Shown: positions 57,201 through 64,000 of the stretch, one piece after another
Layout: each line of letters starts with the position of its first letter
Numbering within the stretch: position 1 is the first letter of the stretch
DNA from: Macrostomum lignano
Lineage: Eukaryota
DNA length: 64,000 bases
Direction of reading: 5' to 3'
NCBI GenBank assembly: GCA_002269645.1
Contig: NIVC01002654.1
Coordinates: 88,711 to 152,710 of the forward strand
Program-made: the position numbers and the translations under genes
The notes under the pieces: model-generated
Databases searched by the model: none
Told to the model about the DNA's origin: nothing
What the model saw: the letters and a program-made list of their open reading frames with translations, nothing else

Positions 57201-60200
57201 GTTCAGCACCGTCCGGACTCGGGTCGCTTTGCTGCTGTCCTTGCCGCCGCCGCCGCCGCCGCCACAGACGGTTTTTCCGCGCTTCCCTCCGCCTGCGGCG
57301 GCGCCACTTGAAGCGCCGGTTCCACTGCCGACACCGTTGGACACAGCAGGCTCCGACGCCGTTGACTGACTCGCTGAATCCTCGTCGTTGCCTGTTTATC
57401 AGGTTAAGGGAGCGAGTCGTACGTTTCCCCAAATCAGGAGCATCTTGCATCATTTGCCGTCTTGTTCGCCAACAATATGTATTAAGCCCGAAAGGAAATG
57501 GCGCCCAGCTACCGGTCTGAGGGAATTTCGAATAGAAAAATCATTGTCCGCCCGCCAATACGAGGCCTCCGAGATCGCGTCCTGTCCTGTCTTGTCTTGT
57601 CTTGGCTTGTCTTGGCCTGTCCACCTTAATCCCTCGCTGGTGGGCTGGCACAGAAGCAGCAACAGCAGCACAGCAAGAGAAGGCAGCAGTTGGAGCAGCA
57701 GACGCCGCCACGGCCGCCGCCACCAAGTCCCGCCAGCAGACGAGGAGTCTCCTCCATCCCCCGTCTCCCCAGCAGAAAGTGGATGCCTAAAAGTATTAAA
57801 GAAAGAACACACACACACACAAACAGGCACGCACGACTAAACGTCTAGTCTTGCTTTTCTGTATGTCGTCTGATCCTTTAGACTGTGGGGTGGGTGGGTG
57901 GTCCTGTCAGGCCCTTGGGGTGGGGCTCTTGCTAGGGCACGAATGGGGGTCCCGACTGCCTGGCCCCCTGCTACAAAGAAGCCCATTAATCACCCCGGGA
58001 AGTCCGCCTTTTTCAAGCCGGGGCGAAACGACGGTGCAGAGGATAACCTGCCCGGTCCATCCCCACACTGCTTTCCCAGATCCCACTTGTCAGTCAGGCA
58101 GTAAAGGCCAAATGTTCATGTAGGCATGACAATGGCCTGCTTTATCAACTGGACATTGGAGGTAGCTGAACCACCTGAATGCGCTCGGCAGCACAACTGA
58201 GAATTTTCAGAAATTTCACTGAGATTAAGGTTTCTTTAACACAATCTGCGGACACAATCTAGGCAAATCTGCAGACACAATCTTGACATAGCTGGAGACA
58301 CAATCTTGACATAGCTGGAGACACAATCTTGACAAATCTGCAGACACAATCTCGGCAAATCTGCAGACACAATCTCGGCAAATCTGCAGACACAATCTAG
58401 GCAAATCTGCAGGCACAATCTCGGCAAATCTGCAGACACAATCTTGACAAATCTGCAGACACAATCTCGGCAAATCTGCAGACACAATCTCGGCAAATCT
58501 GCAGGCACAATCTCGGCAAATCTGCAGACACAATCTTGACAAATCTGCAGACACAATCTCGGCAAATCTGCAGACACAATCTTGACAAATCTGCAGACAC
58601 AATCTTGACAAATCTGCAGACACAATCTTGACAAATCTGCAGACACAATCTTGACAAATCTGCAGACACAATCTCGGCAAATCTGCAGACACAATCTTGA
58701 CAAATCTGCAGACACAATCTAGGCAAATCTGCAGGCACAATCTCGGCAAATCTGCAGACACAATCTCGGCAAATCTGCAGACACAATCTAGGCAAATCTG
58801 CAGACAATCTCGGCAAATCTGCAGACACAATCTAGGCAAATCTGCAGGCACAATCTCGGCAAATCTGCAGACACAATCTCGGCAAATCTGCAGACACAAT
58901 CTTGACAAATCTGCAGACACAATCTCGGCATATCTGCAGACACAATCTCGGCAAATCTGCAGACACAATCTTGACAAATCTGCAGACACAATCTCGACAC
59001 AGCCACAGACACAAGCTTAGCACAAGTCACAGACACAAGCTTAGCACAAGCCACAGACACAAGTTTAGCACAAGTCACAGACACAAGCTTAGCACAAGTC
59101 ACAGACACAAGCTTAGCACAAGTCACAGACAAGTTTAGCACAAGTCACAGACACAAGCTTAGCACAAGCCACAGACACAAGTTTAGCACAAGTCACAGAC
59201 ACAAGCTTAGCACAAGTCACAGACACAAGCTTAGCACAAGTCACAGACACAAGCTTAGCACAAGTCACAGACAAGTTTAGCACAAGCCACAGACACAAGT
59301 TTAGCACAAGTCACAGACACAAGCTTAGCACAAGTCACAGACACAAGCTTAGCACAAGTCACAGACAAGTTTAGCACAAGTCACAGACACAAGCTTAGCA
59401 CAAGTCACAGACAAGTTTAGCACAAGCCACAGACACAAGTTTAGCACAAGTCACAGACACAAGCTTAGCACAAGTCACAGACAAGTTTAGCACAAGCCAC
59501 AGACACAAGTTTAGCACAAGTCACAGACACAAGCTTAGCACAAGCCACAGACACAAGTTTAGCACAAGTCACAGACACAAGCTTAGCACAAGTCAGAGAC
59601 AAGTTTAGCACAAGCCACAGACACAAGTTTAGCACAAGCCACAGACACAAGCTCAGAAGTCTCAATGCACCCCATATGCCAATATTCTATGATTGAGACC
59701 ATCGAGCTTTTGCAGTCAAATTGAAATAGGAATCCTAGCGCCGACTATTCGCTATCGCAATCCTGTTTGAACTGCAAAAGCCAGCGCTGAATCTCAGTCC
59801 AGACCTCCTCAGGATCGTGACTAAACCGCGATTTCAAAGTGACGGCCGTGCTCTAGCCAAAAATGAAATTGGAAAGTTTTATAAAGTCAAGTTGGGGATA
59901 TAAAATATTGGGATTTAGATTGGCGTGGTGGGGGGGGGGATAATCTCGACGCGAGTGGCTCTCGGCAGATGCCAGATATAAACCCGGGACTTCACAAATT
60001 ATCTGCCCATAAGAGGCTCTTCATGCTGATGCAATTATCAAACACTTCTCTTATCAAATTGATGGGAAGCGATGAGAACCTTCTGTTTTGGCAGTTTACC
60101 CTCAAATTGCATCTGCAGGGCCTACTTGATGTTGGCTGACAGTTTCAGGTCAATAAAATTCAATTTTCACCTATTGATAGATGAAGCTGTCAAATTGAAA

Positions 60201-61214
60201 CCATCATTTTGTTGTCAATCTGCTGTCTGCTATCAACCTGAAGCTATCAACCTGAAGCTATCAACCTGAAGCTATCAACCTGAAGCTATCAACCTGAAGC
60301 TATCAACCTGAAGCTATCAACCTGAAGCTATCAACCTGAAGCTATCAACCTGAAGCTATCAACCTGAAGCTATCAACCTGAAGCTATCAACCTGAAGCTA
60401 TCAACCTGAAGCTATCAACCTGAAGCTATCAACCTGAAGCTATCAACCTGAAGCTATCAACCTGAAGCTATCAACCTGAAGCTATCAACCTGAAGCTATC
60501 AACCTGAAGCTATCAACCTGAAGCTATCAACCTGAAGCTATCAACCTGAAGCTATCAACCTGAAGCTATCAACCTGAAGCTATCAACCTGAAGCTAGCCT
60601 GAAACTAGCAACCTGAAGCTAACCTGAAACTAAAACCTGAAGCTAGCCTGAAACTGTCAACCTGAAGCTAGCCTGAAACTGTCAACCTGAAGCTAGCCTG
60701 AAACTGTCAACCTGAAGCTAGCCTGAAACTGTCAACCTAAAGCTAGCCTGAAACTGTCAACCTGAAGCTAGCCTGAAACTGTCAACCTGAAGCTAGCCTG
60801 AAACTGTCAACCTGAAGCTAGCAACTGTACATTCTTCATCTGTACTGTCACAAGCCCAGCGGAGCCAATTGCTCACACTCCATACCCGGGTGCAGCTGGT
60901 TCACCCCGCTGCTGCCAATGCTGTCGCCCGGGCTGCCAACGCCGACAATGTGCGACGGCGGCTGCTGTTGCGGCGACCTCTGCGTTGTCGACGACGCGTC
61001 GACGAAATCTCCAGTGAGCAGCGCGTCAAAGTCGGCCCGACAGTAGATGCCGCCGTCGTCGCGTCTAACGCCGAATTCTTCGCCTGGAACCAGCTGCCTC
61101 GCGCAGGCCTGGCAGCGGAAGCAGGTCACGTGATAGAGCCGGGACTGGGCGCGCATCACCGGCTCGGACTTGACCAGGGCGACGCTGCACTTGGCGCACC
61201 GGCTGCCGAACAGC
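54287..61214 (-). CDS. Isl: Islet LIM-homeobox transcription factor (LIM2, homeodomain, LIM-binding domain); 5' exons not in the window
   Basis: Exons 61214-60886 ([10 protein letters not shown]...[21 protein letters not shown]...CRAD), 57391-57012 ([59 protein letters not shown]) and 54811-54287 ([13 protein letters not shown]...PW...QPLFQQLV). Phases 1 and 0 match. Confidence 0.96.
54900..55870 (+). repeat. 30-bp repeat, array 3, in an Islet intron
   Basis: GTGAGGGACTCAGGACCTGCTCAACTGCAG units with a higher-order pattern. Confidence 0.96.
56470..56960. repeat. 42-bp minisatellite (AATAGAATGGATTGCTAATCTAGCCAACATCACGGATGCAGG)n
   Basis: Visible units. Confidence 0.96.
58240..59000. repeat. 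23-bp minisatellite (CTGCAGACACAATCTCGGCAAAT)n
   Basis: Visible units. Confidence 0.95.
59000..59655. repeat. 24/20-bp minisatellite (CACAGACACAAGCTTAGCACAAGT)n
   Basis: Visible units directly following the 23-bp array. Confidence 0.95.
60225..60825. repeat. 14-bp repeat (CTATCAACCTGAAG)n grading into a longer composite variant
   Basis: Visible units. Confidence 0.96.
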
Positions 61215-61275
61215 CTGGAGAGGTGAGAGCGAGGCGAGCGGTTTGAGTGAGGGGAGAGGGTAGGCAAAGGGAATG

Positions 61276-61500
61276 GAGATGATGCAGAGGAGAGGGCGGA
61301 GATGATGCAGAGGAGAGGGCGGAGATGATGCAGAGGAGAGGGCGGAGATGATGCAGAGGAGAGGGCGGAGATGATGCAGAGGAGAGGGCGGAGATGATGC
61401 AGAGGAGAGGGCGGAGATGATGCATCGGAGAGGTCGGAGATGATGCGGAGGAGAGGTCGGAGATGATGCATCGGAGAGGTCGGAGATGATGCGGAGGAAA
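61276..61500. repeat. 23-bp repeat (GATGATGCAGAGGAGAGGGCGGA)n
   Basis: Visible units just upstream of the Islet LIM2 acceptor. Confidence 0.93.
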
Positions 61501-62084
61501 GACGATAAAAAAATCGTCTCTAAATTTTTCCCAATTAGCTCGTACTGAGAGAATTTTTAGTGAGACAGCAGGGAGACGGTGAAGGATGGGATAAAAGTAA
61601 ACGGACATTCGATAGGGTATTTATCGTTCTGCGTTGTGAGATACGCGTTCATTTGAATAGAGATATCCACAATCTACATGGACTTGGTGGTCCATGACTG
61701 GCGAGTCCAGGTCTACGTAGCAGAGGGCAGAGGCCCTTATCCACTTAAGACTTCCCCTTTCCTATAAGGAGTTTGGCGCAGCGCATGAGGTAAGGGAGGC
61801 AGGCAGATGAGCCGGTCTGTAAGCTCGTGCATGTTCTCTCGTTTGTATGCCGCATGCCCCCCAGGAAGGCGGAAGCGTTTTTCAATGGCCCAGACTGTGT
61901 AGGGTCACCTCCGGTATTTCTGAGTACAGTTGCATGCTGCAGCTGGGTCTCCAAGATGCTTTTGCTCCATCGTTTGGCAATTTTAGAGGAGAAAGCGAGT
62001 GTCCATTTTGTTTGCCTCACGGCATCGGGGCCTGGGGGATGCGTGGGCTGAAGGCGTGAAAAGTTTCTAAACTATAAGATGGCT

Positions 62085-64000
62085 AAGCTCAGACTATATG
62101 CTCATGCTAATACCCGATGACTACTTATTGATCATGCTCATAATACCACATGAGTATTAATTGATCATGCTCATAATACCATATGACTATCAATGATCAT
62201 GCTCATAATACCATATGACTATTCAATGATCATGCTCATAATATCAGATGACTATTCAATGATCATGCTCATAATACCAGATGACTATTCAATGATCATG
62301 CTCATAATACAGATGACTATTCAATGATCATGCACATAATACCAGATGACTATTCAATGATCATGCTCATAATACCAGATGACTATTCAATGATCATGCT
62401 CATAATATCAGATGACTATTCAATGATCATGCTCATAATACCAGATGACTATTCAATGATCATGCTCACAATACCAGATGACTATTCAATGATCATGCTC
62501 ATAATACCAGATGAGTATTAATTGATCATGCTCATAATACCATATGACTATTCAATGATCATGCTCATAATATCAGATGACTATTCAATGATCATGCTCA
62601 TAATATCAGATGACTATTCAATGATCATGCTCATAATACCATATGACTATTCAATGATCATGCTCATAATACCAGATGACTATTCAATGATCATGCTCAT
62701 AATATCAGATGACTATTCAATGATCATGCTCATAATACCAGATGACTATTCAATGATCATGCTCACAATACCAGATGACTATTCAATGATCATGCTCATA
62801 ATACCAGATGAGTATTAATTGATCATGCTCATAATACCATATGACTATTCAATGATCATGCTCATAATATCAGATGACTATTCAATGATCATGCTCATAA
62901 TATCAGATGACTATTCAATGATCATGCTCATAATACATATGACTATTCAATGATCATGCTCATAATACCAGATGACTATTCAATGATCATGCTCATAATA
63001 CCAGATGAGTATTAATTGATCATGCTCATAATACCATATGACTATTCAATGACCATGCTCATAATACCATATGACTATTCAATGATCATGCTCATAATAC
63101 CAGATGAGTATTCAATGATCATGCTCATAATACCAGATGATATTCAATGATCATGCTCATAATACCAGATGACTATTCAATGATCATGCTCATAATACCA
63201 TATGACTATTCAATGACCATGCTCATAATACCATATGACTATTCAATGATCATGCTCATAATACCATATGACTATTCAATGATCATGCTCATAATACCAG
63301 ATGACTATTCAATGATCATGCTCATAATACCAGATGACTATTCAATGATCATGCTCATAATACCAGATGACTATTCAATGATCATGCTCATAATACCAGA
63401 TGACTATTCATGATCATGCTCATATTACCATGACTATTCAATGATCATGCTCATAATACCATATGACTATTCAATGATCATGCTCATAATACCATATGAC
63501 TATTTCAATGATCATGCTCATAATACCAGATGACTATTCAATGATCATGCTCATAATACCATATGACTATTCAATGACCAGCTCATAATACCATATGACT
63601 ATTCAATGATCATGGCTCATAATACAGATGACTATTCAATGATCATGTCATAATACAGATGACTATTCAATGATCATGCTCATAATACCAGATGACTATT
63701 CAATGATCATGCTCATAATACCAGATGACTATTCAATGATCATGCTCATAATACCAGATGACTATTCAATGATCATGCTCATATTACCATGACTATTCAA
63801 TGATCATGCTCATAATACCTATGACTATTCAATGATCATGCTCATAATACCATATGACTATTTCAATGATCATGCTCATAATACCAGATGACTATTCAAT
63901 GATCATGCTCATAATACCAGATGACTATTCAATGATCATGCTCATATTACCATGACTATTCAATGATCATGCTCATAATACCATATGACTATTCAATGAT
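62085..64000. repeat. 33-bp satellite (GACTATTCAATGATCATGCTCATAATACCAGAT)n, runs off the window
   Basis: Visible units. Confidence 0.98.

Noticed and set aside
52400-64000. ORFs such as [34 protein letters not shown] and MIMLIIPDDYS
   Set aside because: All are translations of minisatellites in introns or intergenic DNA.

Overview
Eukaryotic, intron- and satellite-rich animal genomic DNA with one assembly gap (N 14958-15675). The gene style and tandem-repeat-filled introns suggest a flatworm such as Macrostomum, which is an inference only. The key result comes from hand-splicing the minus-strand gene at 1-12764. It gives a vault-PARP (PARP4) homolog (BRCT, PARP regulatory and catalytic, VIT, vWA) that continues through phase-compatible GT-AG introns into a short helical exon, then a complete 76-aa ubiquitin-like domain ending RLRGG, then an actin domain (ALVLDSGS...[20 protein letters not shown]) running off the left edge. 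The ORF track misses the actin frame. The rest of the window holds the 3' half of a Shal/Kv4 channel, a compact intronless trio (UNG, a family I.5/plant-like lipase, a nucleolin-like gene), two tandem BK-beta/TipE-like genes, an orphan two-exon gene and most of an Islet LIM-homeobox gene. Mobile and repetitive DNA includes two SINE families, a decayed LINE, nested TIR elements and many minisatellites. All similarity calls are from memory of the families, with no database search. All exon structures are predictions from splice signals and reading-frame phase.
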